Shown: positions 1 through 10,271 of the stretch, one piece after another
How positions within the stretch are numbered: position 1 is the first letter of the stretch
How the letters are laid out: every line of letters begins with the position of its first letter
NCBI GenBank assembly: GCA_001769655.1
Contig: MEPC01000020.1
Coordinates: 217,922-281,921 of the forward strand
Reading direction: 5' to 3'
DNA length: 64,000 bases
DNA from: Bacteroidetes bacterium RIFCSPLOWO2_12_FULL_37_12
GTDB taxonomy: Bacteria > Bacteroidota > Bacteroidia > 2-12-FULL-37-12
Notes under the pieces: model-generated
The model's database searches: none
Seen by the model: the letters and a program-made list of their open reading frames with translations, nothing else
What the model was told of the DNA's origin: nothing
Made by a program: the position numbers and the translations under genes

Positions 1-259
1 ACTGTACATCCGCTTTTTACAATGCATTGGTGTATGCTTTTCAGGTAGGAAGCATGTTTGGGATTTTTAGGAATCGGATAACCGTTGTTGATGAGAAGGA
101 GGCGCATGGTTTAGGAATAAATCATAAATTGGGTAAGGAAAAAAATTTAGCCACTGATTACACTGATTAAAAATAGTTTTAAGATTTTTTGTGGCATTAA
201 TCCGTGCAATCTGTGGCTAAATTGAATTTTTTCATGTTGGACTGAACAGTTACCAATGT

Positions 260-1153
260 TTATAATATAAATTTAATTCCAAAATCCCTGGCAAGCAAAT
301 CAAGGTCGTTTTCAAAATATTTCCCGACAATTTTTCGTTCTCCCCCGGTCAGCGGCGGATATTTTTTTTCTACCGTATTCAATTTATAAATAAAAGGAAA
401 TAATCGTGTACGCAGAAAGAGTTTCAATTTAAACGGGATGATATTAGAAATTAATTTTGTAAACGGATTATCGGGGTTATTTATAATCCGGTTTATAAAA
501 GAAAATTTTGAAACGCCGGCGGTATTAAACCGAATGGTGGTGTCAATGCTTACTGAATCATCTACGGAGAGAAATTGGAAAATATTTTTCATTGCTTCTA
601 CGGGCATTTTCTCAAGCAAATCCTGATTTATAATAAGTATGTTTTTCCGTGGAAAGTATTTTAACCAATTTGATAAATGAAGATGATACAGCCCGTGATA
701 AAAGTAAGTTAATTCATGCCGTTCAGTAAAATTGCCGTTCATGCGGTTTTCTTCCAGTTTCATGGTGTCAAGAAAGCTAATCTCCGGGTTTTCCCAGGAA
801 TTTCGAATGGCATATTGATATGCAGAATAAGCACGGCTGACCGGCTCGCGGAGGACTACAATTAATTTTGTTTCCGGGTTATAGGAAAAAACCCGTTCCG
901 GGCATTTCTCATCGGTCAGCATGTGAACATAAGCGGCACCACGAATTTTTGCAGAGTCATTGTTTTCAAAAAAACCATTCAGATATTTCTCGCCCTGGTT
1001 ATAAAAGCGGTCCTGTGTGAAGTAATGCAATTCTTTTACTTTTGCCATTTCCACTCCGGGATGCTGTTCCAGATAGCGGTAAATGGATGTAGTGCCACTT
1101 TTTTGAGCGCCGATTATCCAGAAGGATACGGGGGGATGTTTAGGAGTGTTCAA
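260..1153 (-). CDS. PAPS-dependent sulfotransferase (carbohydrate sulfotransferase family). The longest ORF extends to 1258, but a TTG start at 1153 overlapping the upstream stop (TTGA) is more likely.
   Basis: It carries the 5'-PSB motif 'GAQKSGTT' and the 3'-PB motif 'REPVSRAYSAY'. The ATG at 1258 would overlap the Wzy-like gene by 109 nt in another frame. Confidence 0.8.
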   Translation of the reverse strand: MNTPKHPPVSFWIIGAQKSGTTSIYRYLEQHPGVEMAKVKELHYFTQDRFYNQGEKYLNGFFENNDSAKIRGAAYVHMLTDEKCPERVFSYNPETKLIVVLREPVSRAYSAYQYAIRNSWENPEISFLDTMKLEENRMNGNFTERHELTYFYHGLYHLHLSNWLKYFPRKNILIINQDLLEKMPVEAMKNIFQFLSVDDSVSIDTTIRFNTAGVSKFSFINRIINNPDNPFTKLISNIIPFKLKLFLRTRLFPFIYKLNTVEKKYPPLTGGERKIVGKYFENDLDLLARDFGIKFIL

Positions 1154-2445
1154 TTTTTTAAAGAAAAAATATAAAAATATACCACCACAATTACAGGAGC
1201 TACTGTAGGACTGATTAAGGCGTGTCCGGCTAAAAATGAATGGAGCATAAAAATACACATTGCAGTCAAAAATGTAAAATTCAGCAGGGTACGGTTTCTT
1301 AGAAAAATCCAGCCCATTTTTAAAAGCATGACAGTGGGGAATAAGAGAACGAGAAAACCGAGAACATATCCATATGACCCTACCAGATCGTAATAATCCT
1401 GTTCTACTAATTTACCAACTTCTTCGCTTTTGGTCCATTGGGTGAGATTATAATCATACTGTTTGGCAATACGGTTTGAAAAAGTCAAAAAACCTTCTCC
1501 TGTCAGGTTTAAGAGCCATGAGCGACCATTTATCCGCTTTTGTGCCAGTGAAATGGTTTTATGTCTGGGTGTTTCTTCGAGTAATTTTTCAAATTTAACA
1601 ATCAGAAAATTGTATTTTTGATAAACGCGGTACAGTTGATACGTACCGGCGATAAAGCAAATAAGAAAAGAAATAATAACAATTGATTTAGTGACATTAC
1701 TCAGGTTAACATCGTTTTTCTTAAAGAAAATAATAGAGAACAGGAATAAAAAGGTACAACCTAACGCGCCAAGAGTTGCCGCACGGCTGGTTAGCAACAG
1801 TAATCCGCAAAAAATTATAAAACATTTTAAGAAGTTAAACCACCCGAAATTTTTAAAAAAAGCATGCAGTCCAAAAATATACGAAAGAAGAACGGCGAGT
1901 CCGATGTCATTGATGGCAATGAAGTAGGATTTTATACCGAAAGAATATTCTGATTTCTTGTATGCCTCCATTCCCATTCCTGTGAGAAAGGAAAAAATTA
2001 GCGCCACCGATGCAACAAATCCAAAATAAACCACCAGCTCTATCAGAAAGTTGAGTTTAATTTCTTTGGTTTGATTAAGATAAATCAAAAATGAAAGTAA
2101 GGAGATGGGAAGCAATATTTTGATAAAAAACTGAGATTCATGAATTAATGAATAATTGTCGGATCCTACGAACCAGAAACCATTTACTATGAAAAAAGTA
2201 ACGGTGAGCGCTGAAGAATAAACAAGTAATGTTTTTTGCTGAATTAATCCGATAAAAATGAATGTTGCAAGAAATAAGAAAGTCCGGTAAAGAATGCCAA
2301 TGGAAAAAAAATGCAAGTTTTTGCTCAACAGCAATCCGTTTGCCAGGTCCACAAATACAGGTATAAAAAGAATAAGCCAGAGGGAAAAATCGCTCAGGGA
2401 AATTTTTTTTAATTTGTCAACTAGGGGTGAGGATGTGAAAATCAT
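1150..2445 (-). CDS. O-antigen ligase / Wzy-like polysaccharide polymerase (polytopic membrane protein)
   Basis: 431 aa with about 10 hydrophobic helices and a large loop. It has a 4-nt overlap with the upstream GH gene and sits in a polysaccharide operon. Confidence 0.6.
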   Translation of the reverse strand: MIFTSSPLVDKLKKISLSDFSLWLILFIPVFVDLANGLLLSKNLHFFSIGILYRTFLFLATFIFIGLIQQKTLLVYSSALTVTFFIVNGFWFVGSDNYSLIHESQFFIKILLPISLLSFLIYLNQTKEIKLNFLIELVVYFGFVASVALIFSFLTGMGMEAYKKSEYSFGIKSYFIAINDIGLAVLLSYIFGLHAFFKNFGWFNFLKCFIIFCGLLLLTSRAATLGALGCTFLFLFSIIFFKKNDVNLSNVTKSIVIISFLICFIAGTYQLYRVYQKYNFLIVKFEKLLEETPRHKTISLAQKRINGRSWLLNLTGEGFLTFSNRIAKQYDYNLTQWTKSEEVGKLVEQDYYDLVGSYGYVLGFLVLLFPTVMLLKMGWIFLRNRTLLNFTFLTAMCIFMLHSFLAGHALISPTVAPVIVVVYFYIFSLKN

Positions 2446-3671
2446 TTATTCCTGTATATAATCCATTCTTTACGATTCAGAAAACCGGGAATTGTTCCAG
2501 TTACTCCCGAATAGGATTCTGTAATTTTATTTTTTTGCGATTCGTTGATGGTACAATAATTTAAAGAAACCTTAATCGTTTCTTCCTGACCTATAATTTC
2601 GAGGGACTCCGGAGTTTCTTTCAGCATAAAACCATTTTTAATCACCTCATAAAACCGGATAAAATAATCATAACAGGGTTTGGGGTTATGAATTGAATCA
2701 AAAAATCCAAGCCCTCCCTGATTTTTCCTGTTTTCCTCCAAACGGTAAAGGTAAACTTTTTTAACATCATACGTGTAACAGAATTTCAGCAATAAAGCTA
2801 ATTCATAGATAAAATTATACGAATTGATGTATTTTAATTTTTCTGTACTTGACTTTAATACATACGAATAAACATTATATTCGGTAATGTAACTATGAAA
2901 GATACGGGGATCAGGATTAAGAATTTCCGTATAAATATTTTTTTCTTCGGGATAAATATGGAAGGAAAGTGAAATATTTTTCTCCGTAAGGTAAGATAAT
3001 TCATTTTGCACAGATGTTTCAGCGGATTTTCTGATTAAATTTTCTTTAAAAAAAGAGGAAGTATATCCGCAACATAAAACAGTGGAATCGTATTTTTCAA
3101 TATTGCGGTAGAGAATATTTCTGATTTTTTCAAATTCAATCTTATTTCCCCAGAAAAACAAAGGTGCGTCCGGTTCATTTCCGATTTCAAACTGAATAGG
3201 TGGTAACCAACCTTTTCGGACTATATTTTCAAAAAAAGTTTGCATGTACAGAGTATATTTTTCATAATCGGTGGGAGGAAAACGGTTAGAATAACTGTAT
3301 GCTTTTTTTTGTTTTTCATTTAATTGGGAAAGGTCAGCGTTTTCTTCATAAGGAAAATCAGAGATGGAAATTAACAGTTTGAAATCATGCTTAATAATTT
3401 TTTCAATGTAGCCATATAGTTTAGCGCTGTCATTGTATAATCCTTTGGTAAATGGTTCAAATACACGTAATGAATTTATATTTTGTTTTTTTAGCCGGTC
3501 CAATAAGGGTTCAATCTGAGTTATTTCGTTGAGATATCCGATGTTAAACCCGAATTCAACATTCTTAAATAAGTTAGTTGACGCCGGTTCAGAAATCTGG
3601 CAAAAGGAAGTATAAAAAGAAATAAGAAAGGAAAACGATAAAAATGTTTGCGAAAGAATGGGGGATTTCAT
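2442..3671 (-). CDS. Secreted clan GH-A glycoside hydrolase (GH5/GH39-like), probably an exopolysaccharide-processing hydrolase
   Basis: N-terminal signal peptide. 'FEIGNEPD' is the NEP acid/base motif of TIM-barrel clan GH-A. Start overlaps the acetyltransferase stop (ATGA). Confidence 0.6.
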   Translation of the reverse strand: MKSPILSQTFLSFSFLISFYTSFCQISEPASTNLFKNVEFGFNIGYLNEITQIEPLLDRLKKQNINSLRVFEPFTKGLYNDSAKLYGYIEKIIKHDFKLLISISDFPYEENADLSQLNEKQKKAYSYSNRFPPTDYEKYTLYMQTFFENIVRKGWLPPIQFEIGNEPDAPLFFWGNKIEFEKIRNILYRNIEKYDSTVLCCGYTSSFFKENLIRKSAETSVQNELSYLTEKNISLSFHIYPEEKNIYTEILNPDPRIFHSYITEYNVYSYVLKSSTEKLKYINSYNFIYELALLLKFCYTYDVKKVYLYRLEENRKNQGGLGFFDSIHNPKPCYDYFIRFYEVIKNGFMLKETPESLEIIGQEETIKVSLNYCTINESQKNKITESYSGVTGTIPGFLNRKEWIIYRNK

Positions 3672-4249
3672 GCGTCCAATCGCGTTTCAAAAAATTGTTT
3701 ATTATTTTTCATCTCATCTTTACTCCAATCCCACCATTTTAAAATTTGCATTTTCTGAATAGTTTCCTCAGAAAATCTTTTCCGGATAAATACAGCAGGA
3801 TTTCCTCCATAGATACCGAATGGCTCGGCGTCTTTAGTAATTACAGAGCCGGCGGCTAATACGGCTCCGTTTCCTATTTTTACTCCCGGCAAAATAATGA
3901 CGTGGTCGCCTATCCAGACATTATGACCAATGGATACGTCTTTTTTAGCGGAAATTTTTGCCATTCCCGTAATTTCTTTTTGTAATTTATATTGAAGGTT
4001 CGGATAATTCATGTCATGGTTTGAACTGATGATATCAATGAACCCGCCGAAAGCGCAATAGTTGCCGATTTCAACGTTACCGCTCCCTTTAATAAGAACA
4101 GGACCATTTATGCATGTGCCGGTACCGATAGTAAGATTCGCCGATAATACAGAGCCCTTCCTGATAAAAACTTTTTGATAGTTTAACGAAAAGAAATTCA
4201 AATAAAAATTTAGAAATTTTCTGTGAAGAGGGGTTTTAATTATCAGCAT
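3668..4249 (-). CDS. Sugar O-acetyltransferase, left-handed beta-helix (hexapeptide repeat; maltose/galactoside acetyltransferase-like)
   Basis: Hexapeptide repeats 'IGDHVIILPGVKIGNGAVLAAGSVITKD…GNPA' at the C-terminus. Confidence 0.8.
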   Translation of the reverse strand: MLIIKTPLHRKFLNFYLNFFSLNYQKVFIRKGSVLSANLTIGTGTCINGPVLIKGSGNVEIGNYCAFGGFIDIISSNHDMNYPNLQYKLQKEITGMAKISAKKDVSIGHNVWIGDHVIILPGVKIGNGAVLAAGSVITKDAEPFGIYGGNPAVFIRKRFSEETIQKMQILKWWDWSKDEMKNNKQFFETRLDA

Positions 4250-4316
4250 AATAACTAAGTAAGTATTAAGGATTTTTGGCTACTGTTCAGCCCAATAAAT
4301 GGCAACTACTCGGCAT

Positions 4317-4467
4317 AAAAAAAAGTTCTCACGCAAAGTCGCAAAGAACGCAAAGTAAAAAATCATTAATGATTTTTTTTCTTTGCGTTCTTAATTCTTT
4401 GCGTACTTTGCGCCTTTGCGTGATATAATATTCGCGAGAAATAACACCGGTCTGAGTAGTTTTTTTG
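4317..4467. repeat. About 150-bp structured intergenic repeat (MITE-like), copy 1. It contains the long imperfect hairpin TCACGCAAAGTCGCAAAGAACGCAAAG…CTTTGCGTTCTT…CTTTGCGTGA and terminal inverted ends AACTACTC…GAGTAGTT.
   Basis: A near-identical copy lies at 51654–51800 (about 85% identity over ~145 nt). Both copies are intergenic and in the same orientation. Confidence 0.8.
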
Positions 4468-4479
4468 TGGGATTTAGTG

Positions 4480-5817
4480 TCAGTTTTTAGTTTTTAAAAA
4501 AGGTATATAAGCCACAAAGATACCAAATTTCTTATAGACCACGATTAAACACAGGATATTTGCCATTATCAAAGCAATCATATTTGATAAAGCGGCCCCA
4601 TTCATTCCCCATAAAGGGATAAGCCAGAAACTCAAAACAATGCCGAGAAAGGATGTTGCCATGATAATGTATTGAAAGATTACCTGATTGTTAGTCATCA
4701 GAAGAATCAACCCGACAGAACCGGAAATGGCACTGATAAATTGTCCGATGGAAATTAATACAAATGCAAGTGAACCGGATGTAAATTCCTTTCCATAAAG
4801 ACCCAAAATAAAACCCGGAAACAAAACAAACAGCACTAAAACTGGAGCCGAAGTAATAAAAATCATTTTGGTGGATTGTTTTGCAACGGTAGCAAATCCT
4901 TTCATATCCTGAGTAGCGAACAATTCTGAGAATTTAGGAGCAGAAATGCTGTTAACGGAAGCGAGCACTACACTACTTAAAGCTCCCAAACGTAATGCTA
5001 CATTATAAATACCCACTTCTGCATCGTCTCTGTAAATTCCAAGAATAATGGTATCGGTCCAACTTTGAATGAAACTTAAGGCGGAGGGTACCAGCATGGG
5101 AAGTGCAAGGGTTATTAAAGCGGAAGATGAAATTACAGGGTCATTAGTAACTATCTTACAACGGGGAGTTTTGTTTTCCCAATAATACCATGCTACCAAA
5201 GCAGAAAGAAAAATTGCTGAAATAAATGAATAAAAAACCAGCAAACTATTCCGGGAAAAATACCATAGCGATAAAAATAGTAATGTTGCGAACACATAAA
5301 ACAAACCTTTCTGTATAAAAGAATATGCCATAATATCTTTGCGACCTCTCAGGGATTCTGAAATAATAAAAAGCAATACATAAGGCAGGAGGCAAAAAGA
5401 AAATAATTTTATGGTATCCGCCAGATAGGGTTTAGAGAATATTTTATCAGCAATCAGTGGAGCGGAGAAATATAACAGGAACGATAATATAATATTGAAA
5501 GGAACAAGTATGCGGATAGATTTATTGAACAATGGCTTAATCAAATCATTTTTATTTTGTGCAAGGTATTGTGGGATTAATTTTAACAGAGCCATATCCA
5601 TTCCCCCTTTTCCAAGTATACTGAAAAGTGACAGTACGGCAAACCCAATCGAAAAAACGCCCACCGTTCCGGCTCCGGTAAATCGTGCCACTAACCAGAA
5701 AAAAATAAAATTCATTCCCATGCTGAGGGCTTTGACTATAAATGCCACAGTGCTCCCTTTCAGCATCTCGGAGAAATGCCGGTCGTTGCGGAATCTGGAG
5801 TAATATTTCTGAAACAT
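4480..5817 (-). CDS. wzx: Wzx-type oligosaccharide flippase (polysaccharide biosynthesis protein, MOP superfamily)
   Basis: 445 aa, about 12 TM helices, typical Wzx size and composition, placed in a polysaccharide locus. Confidence 0.7.
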   Translation of the reverse strand: MFQKYYSRFRNDRHFSEMLKGSTVAFIVKALSMGMNFIFFWLVARFTGAGTVGVFSIGFAVLSLFSILGKGGMDMALLKLIPQYLAQNKNDLIKPLFNKSIRILVPFNIILSFLLYFSAPLIADKIFSKPYLADTIKLFSFCLLPYVLLFIISESLRGRKDIMAYSFIQKGLFYVFATLLFLSLWYFSRNSLLVFYSFISAIFLSALVAWYYWENKTPRCKIVTNDPVISSSALITLALPMLVPSALSFIQSWTDTIILGIYRDDAEVGIYNVALRLGALSSVVLASVNSISAPKFSELFATQDMKGFATVAKQSTKMIFITSAPVLVLFVLFPGFILGLYGKEFTSGSLAFVLISIGQFISAISGSVGLILLMTNNQVIFQYIIMATSFLGIVLSFWLIPLWGMNGAALSNMIALIMANILCLIVVYKKFGIFVAYIPFLKTKN

Positions 5818-5862
5818 GCGGGTAAAAGTAATATTTTATTTGCTTACATCAACTATTTTATA

Positions 5863-5870
5863 TATGTTTG
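5863..5870 (+). promoter_or_regulatory. Bacteroidetes -7 promoter box TATGTTTG inside the shared 14-mer ATATATGTTTGTAT. The same 14-mer lies upstream of cysD.
   Basis: Matches the TAnnTTTG consensus of Bacteroidetes sigma-A promoters. An identical 14-mer occurs at 7887–7900 upstream of cysD. Confidence 0.45.
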
Positions 5871-7655
5871 TATTTCATCAGCGGCATCATGGATAAAATT
5901 ATTGTTTCCCTTGTCATTCTTTTTGTTGTAGTATCGCTTTACAAGGAACTATTCCGTCCGGTAGCGACTTTTGTAATTGCTATTGTTGTTCTGCTTTTAT
6001 TCAGAATTCTTTCTCCCAAAGATGTGCTTGCAGGTTTTGCCAACGAGCAGATAGCTGTTATTTTCCTTTTACTTGTGCTGAGTGATGTCATTAAGAAAAC
6101 CGGAGCGCTGGATATTTCAATGAAAAAAATTTTCAAACCCGGTCTTTCTTATCCTTCTTTTATGACAAGAATGTTCGGATCTGTTTCGTTTACTTCTGCC
6201 TGGGTAAACAACACTCCGTTAGTCGCTATCATGATTCCCCATATTTATCAATGGGCAAGGAAATGTAAAATATCGCCTTCAAAAGTTTTGTTGCCTTTGT
6301 CCTACGCGGCTATTCTCGGCGGCACGGTGACATTAGTAGGAACCTCTACCAACCTGGTGGTAAATTCATTGACCGTTGAGGCGCATCTTCCACCCTTAAA
6401 AATGTTTGATTTCACACTCATTGGAATTCCGTTAGTTATCCTCGGAGGACTTTTTTTATTAGTAGCGGGTCATAAGCTATTGCCTGAACGGCATGATTTA
6501 TTATCGGGCTTTTCTGAAAAATCAAGAGAGTACATTACGGAAACGGTTGTGCCTGCCGGTTCGCCCTTAATAGGAAAAAATATTGAAGAAGCCAACCTTC
6601 GTAATCTGAGAGGATTATTTTTGGTAGAAATCATTCGCGATGGAAGACAGATTGTTCCTGTTTCTCCCCGTGAAATAATCCGTCAGAGCGATGAATTGAT
6701 TTTTGCCGGAGAGGTGAATACAATCATTGATTTGGTGAAAGACCCTTCCATTCTTTCACTACCTCAATTTTCAAATCTTCATCCACAGGAAAACATCACC
6801 ATTGTAGATGTGGTTATTTCAACGAATTCAGTTATGAATGGAATGAGTGTGAAAAACACAAATTTCCGTGGAAAATACGATGCGGCAATTGTTGCCATCA
6901 GCAGAAACGGAGAAAAATTATCCGGAAAGATTGGAGACACATTGTTGCAGGCGGGTGATTTGTTATTGCTGGTGGTTGGCAAAGATTTTTATCAGAGAAC
7001 GGAAGGGGTGCAGGATTTTTATATTATTTCGAACGTGCGGGAACTGAATCACATTAATTCTAAAAAAGTATGGTTGATTTTATTATTTACACTCGCCGTT
7101 TTTGTATTGTCTGGTATAGGAATTATTTCCTTGTTTTTCGGATTGTTGATACTGTTAAGCATTTTTGCTTTTTTTAAATTTGTAAAATTAAAAGAAGTAA
7201 AAGAAAATTTAGACCTTCAGCTTCTTTTGATGTTGGTTTTATCGTTGGCATTGGGGAAAGCCATTGAACTATCCGGTACTGCAAATGTGTTAGCAAACAT
7301 GATGATTTCCGTCACTCAATCACTACATAGTCCTGTCATAATATTATTGGGTTTGTTTCTGATAACTCTCATACTGACTAACGTAATAACCCATGCCGCC
7401 GCCGCCGCTGTAATTTTCCCGATAGCGGTTGCCGCGGCGGTTCAACTTGGATTGGATACAAAACCATTTATTCTTGCGGTGGCTTATGCGGCATCCTGCG
7501 GTTTTATGACCCCCTTTAGCTATCAAACCAATTTAATGGTTTACGGTCCAGGCGGATATAAATTTTCAGATTACCTGCATATCGGATTCTGGATGACACT
7601 TATTTCAGTGGTGGTGTGCGTGGGCGGGTTGGGATTGGTGTATGGGTTGTTTTGA
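5868..7655 (+). CDS. DASS/SLC13-family anion permease with two central TrkA-C domains; probably a sulfate transporter. An alternative start MDKII lies at 5889.
   Basis: 595 aa with N- and C-terminal transporter halves, cytoplasmic TrkA-C-like domains in the middle, and a conserved 'TNLMVYGPGGY' end. It sits directly upstream of cysD. Confidence 0.7.
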   Translation: MYFISGIMDKIIVSLVILFVVVSLYKELFRPVATFVIAIVVLLLFRILSPKDVLAGFANEQIAVIFLLLVLSDVIKKTGALDISMKKIFKPGLSYPSFMTRMFGSVSFTSAWVNNTPLVAIMIPHIYQWARKCKISPSKVLLPLSYAAILGGTVTLVGTSTNLVVNSLTVEAHLPPLKMFDFTLIGIPLVILGGLFLLVAGHKLLPERHDLLSGFSEKSREYITETVVPAGSPLIGKNIEEANLRNLRGLFLVEIIRDGRQIVPVSPREIIRQSDELIFAGEVNTIIDLVKDPSILSLPQFSNLHPQENITIVDVVISTNSVMNGMSVKNTNFRGKYDAAIVAISRNGEKLSGKIGDTLLQAGDLLLLVVGKDFYQRTEGVQDFYIISNVRELNHINSKKVWLILLFTLAVFVLSGIGIISLFFGLLILLSIFAFFKFVKLKEVKENLDLQLLLMLVLSLALGKAIELSGTANVLANMMISVTQSLHSPVIILLGLFLITLILTNVITHAAAAAVIFPIAVAAAVQLGLDTKPFILAVAYAASCGFMTPFSYQTNLMVYGPGGYKFSDYLHIGFWMTLISVVVCVGGLGLVYGLF

Positions 7656-7748
7656 GGGGTGACATGACCATCTTAGAAGTTCTGAATATTAAAAAAAATT
7701 GTTACTAATCAGCACATAGCAACTTTTGCTCTAAAAGAACAACACTAT

Positions 7749-7783
7749 ACATATAACACTAAACAAAAAATGTTTAAGTGTTA
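7749..7783. repeat. Palindromic element TAACACTAAACA-N6-TGTTTAAGTGTTA. Positions 7749–7771 form a 23-mer that is repeated exactly, in inverted orientation, at 13644–13666.
   Basis: The 23/23-nt match ACATATAACACTAAACAAAAAAT versus its reverse complement at 13644–13666 was read directly from the sequence. Confidence 0.8.
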
Positions 7784-7889
7784 ATAGATTATTTGGGCTT
7801 TTCATTTAACATTAAATATTTTTTGTTTTATGTTATTTGTTTCTTCTTGCGGCTAATGATATCTTCTGAGCAGTTACAAAAAATTCATA

Positions 7890-7897
7890 TATGTTTG
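7890..7897 (+). promoter_or_regulatory. -7 promoter box TATGTTTG upstream of cysD, about 33 nt before the ATG
   Basis: Matches the TAnnTTTG consensus and sits within the 14-mer shared with the permease upstream region. Confidence 0.45.
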
Positions 7898-7929
7898 TAT
7901 CTTAACTAAACCCACAAAACGCAATCATC

Positions 7930-8835
7930 ATGGTATCCTACAAATTAACCCATCTCCAGGAATTAGAATCCGAATCCATCTTTATAATCCGCGAAGTAGC
8001 CGCACAATTTGAAAGACCTTGTCTTTTATTTTCAGGGGGTAAGGACTCGATTGTTATGGCATATCTGGCTTATAAAGCATTTTATCCGGCTAAAATTCCG
8101 TTCCCATTGGTGCATATTGACACAGGGCACAATTTTCCGGAGACGCTTACATACAGAGATGAATTAGTAAAACGTCTGAACGCAACGTTGCTCGTGGGAT
8201 TAGTTCAGGAGAGCATTGACAAAGGAAGAGCGACAGAAGAAAAGGGCTACAATGCGAGCCGTAATGTATTGCAAACGGTTACTTTATTAGATACCCTTGA
8301 AGCGCATAAATTTGATGCCGCTATGGGAGGAGCGAGAAGGGATGAAGAAAAAGCAAGAGCGAAAGAGCGGTTTTTTTCGCACCGCGATGAATTCGGGCAA
8401 TGGGATCCCAAAAACCAACGTCCGGAACTCTGGAATTTATTCAACGGGAAAAAGAATATCGGAGAGCATTTCCGGGTTTTTCCGTTGAGCAACTGGACGG
8501 AAATGGATATCTGGCAGTACATTGCGTTGAATCAAATTCCGATTCCTTCACTCTATTTCACTCATGAAAGAGATTGTTTTACAAGAGACAACGTGATTTA
8601 TTCTGCATCCGATTGCATGCTCAGGCGACCGGAAGAAAAAATTGAACGCAAGCAGGTGCGATTCAGAACCATAGGGGACATGACTTGCACCGGCGCTGTG
8701 ATTTCAAAAGCCAATTCTCTGGAAGATATTATTCAGGAAGTGGCGGCATCGCGTACTACAGAGAGAGGCACCCGTGCGGATGATAAGCGTTCGGAGACCG
8801 CTATGGAGGATAGAAAAAAGCAGGGGTATTTTTAA
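7930..8835 (+). CDS. cysD: Sulfate adenylyltransferase subunit 2 (CysD; PAPS-reductase-like ATP-PPase fold)
   Basis: 'SGGKDS' PP-loop, 301 aa, strong family resemblance throughout. Confidence 0.9.
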   Translation: MVSYKLTHLQELESESIFIIREVAAQFERPCLLFSGGKDSIVMAYLAYKAFYPAKIPFPLVHIDTGHNFPETLTYRDELVKRLNATLLVGLVQESIDKGRATEEKGYNASRNVLQTVTLLDTLEAHKFDAAMGGARRDEEKARAKERFFSHRDEFGQWDPKNQRPELWNLFNGKKNIGEHFRVFPLSNWTEMDIWQYIALNQIPIPSLYFTHERDCFTRDNVIYSASDCMLRRPEEKIERKQVRFRTIGDMTCTGAVISKANSLEDIIQEVAASRTTERGTRADDKRSETAMEDRKKQGYF

Positions 8836-8918
8836 GAATGAACACTCGTAAACCTGTGTCTGAGGAGTATATATAGAAAATAGAATTGCTCCTACAAATA
8901 GTAATTAACACAAAAAAC

Positions 8919-9764
8919 ATGAATAAAATGGAACAGCAATCAGCCATAAAAATTTTCGAAGAAAAAAAAGTAAGAACTCTGTGGGATGCTGAACAGGAGA
9001 AATGGTATTTATCCATAGTAGATGTGATAGCCGTTTTAACTGAAAGTCCCAATCCAAGAAAGTATTGGAGCGTTCTGAAAACACGATTAAAAGCTGAGGG
9101 AAGCCAGTTGGCTACAAATTGTAGTCAACTGAAAATGCAGTCGGCGGATGGTAAATTTTATCTTACGGATGTAGCCGACACGGAACAACTTTTCAGATTG
9201 ATTCAATCCATTCCATCGCCCAAAGCAGAGCCATTTAAACTTTGGCTTGCACAAGTTGCCTCTGAAAGATTAGATGAAATGCAAGATCCGGAACTCACTA
9301 TTGACAGAGCAATGAAAGAATATTTGCAATTGGGATATTCTGAAAGCTGGATAAATCAGCGGCTGAAAAGCATTGAAATTCGAAAAGAACTGACCGATGA
9401 ATGGAAAAAAAGAGGATTGAAAGAAGGAGTTCAGTTTGCAACGCTTACCGACATTATTACTAAGGCATGGAGTGATAGAACCACAAAAGAATATAAAATT
9501 CTGAAAGGGTTGAAGAAAGAAAATCTTAGAGATAATATGACCAACACCGAATTGATTTTAAACATGCTTGCGGAAGCATCAACCAAAGAAATTTCCTCCG
9601 TGGTTGAACCCAAGGATTTTGACACCAGTATAAAAGTGGCAAAGCAGGGTGGTGATGTCGCTAAAGTAGCAAGGAAAGAATTGGAAGCGCGGACAGGGAA
9701 AAAAGTGGTTACTTCTTTAAATGCAAAAGCTGTTTTGAGTTTGAAAGAGAGACAAGAAAAATAA
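8919..9764 (+). CDS. Bro-N domain protein (DinD / phage-antirepressor-like). The ORF extends from 8886; the likely start is MNKMEQQ at 8919.
   Basis: Bro-N-like N-terminus 'IKIFEEKKVRTLWDAEQEKWYLSIVDVIAVL', DinD-like length, inserted between cysD and cysN. Confidence 0.55.
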   Translation: MNKMEQQSAIKIFEEKKVRTLWDAEQEKWYLSIVDVIAVLTESPNPRKYWSVLKTRLKAEGSQLATNCSQLKMQSADGKFYLTDVADTEQLFRLIQSIPSPKAEPFKLWLAQVASERLDEMQDPELTIDRAMKEYLQLGYSESWINQRLKSIEIRKELTDEWKKRGLKEGVQFATLTDIITKAWSDRTTKEYKILKGLKKENLRDNMTNTELILNMLAEASTKEISSVVEPKDFDTSIKVAKQGGDVAKVARKELEARTGKKVVTSLNAKAVLSLKERQEK

Positions 9765-9787
9765 ATGAATATCGTTTTTGTTGTACT

Positions 9788-10261
9788 ATGAAACCACCCC
9801 AAAACATGAAAAAAAAATCACACCCCTACATCCCATTCCTGCTGGAAGACATAAAAGCCGCCCACCGCAGTTCTGCCGTTGCAAAATTGAACGAGCCGAA
9901 AACCATTGAAGAAGAACTGGAAGAATCGGAGCGTTTTGTTTCTGACGAACGCGAACATACGCTCAGTTATTACTGCGGATTGAAACCGGAGGACTTTCCT
10001 CCTGTAGAACAACTGTCTGATAGAGATATGCAAAAGGTATGCGAAGCGTTTAATACAATGATGGATACGTGGAATTTGTCTGTTGATTTGCCGGAGAATC
10101 TGCCGCCTTCTTTAGCATATCAACTGACGATTGGATTATTAAGTAAAGAGACCTTCATTCCCAATTGTGGGACATTGCATATTGACTTTTGCACGGGCTA
10201 TGCACCGGACTGTGAATTGAAGCAATATTGCCCCTGTCTGAAAATCTGGAACGAAAAATAA
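9788..10261 (+). CDS. Hypothetical Cys-rich protein (157 aa; motif CGTLHIDFCTGYAPDCELKQYCPC)
   Basis: The ORF is open, sits in the same operon position after the Bro-N gene, and I recognise no family for it. Confidence 0.35.
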   Translation: MKPPQNMKKKSHPYIPFLLEDIKAAHRSSAVAKLNEPKTIEEELEESERFVSDEREHTLSYYCGLKPEDFPPVEQLSDRDMQKVCEAFNTMMDTWNLSVDLPENLPPSLAYQLTIGLLSKETFIPNCGTLHIDFCTGYAPDCELKQYCPCLKIWNEK

Positions 10262-10271
10262 CCCACTCAAT

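Noticed and set aside
438-626. Short ORFs listed in the six-frame track (438–626, 923–1174, 1691–1927, 5495–5803, 5939–6136, 14072–14713, 34721–34930 and others) that overlap long conserved genes on the opposite strand or in another frame
   Set aside because: All lie fully inside well-supported CDSs, are low-complexity or hydrophobic, and have no recognisable domain. They are typical antisense or frame-shadow ORFs of an AT-rich genome.
260-1258. ATG at 1258 as the start of the sulfotransferase
   Set aside because: It would overlap the upstream Wzy-like gene by 109 nt in a different frame. A TTG at 1153 overlapping the stop (TTGA) keeps the complete KSGTT PAPS-binding motif and gives translational coupling.
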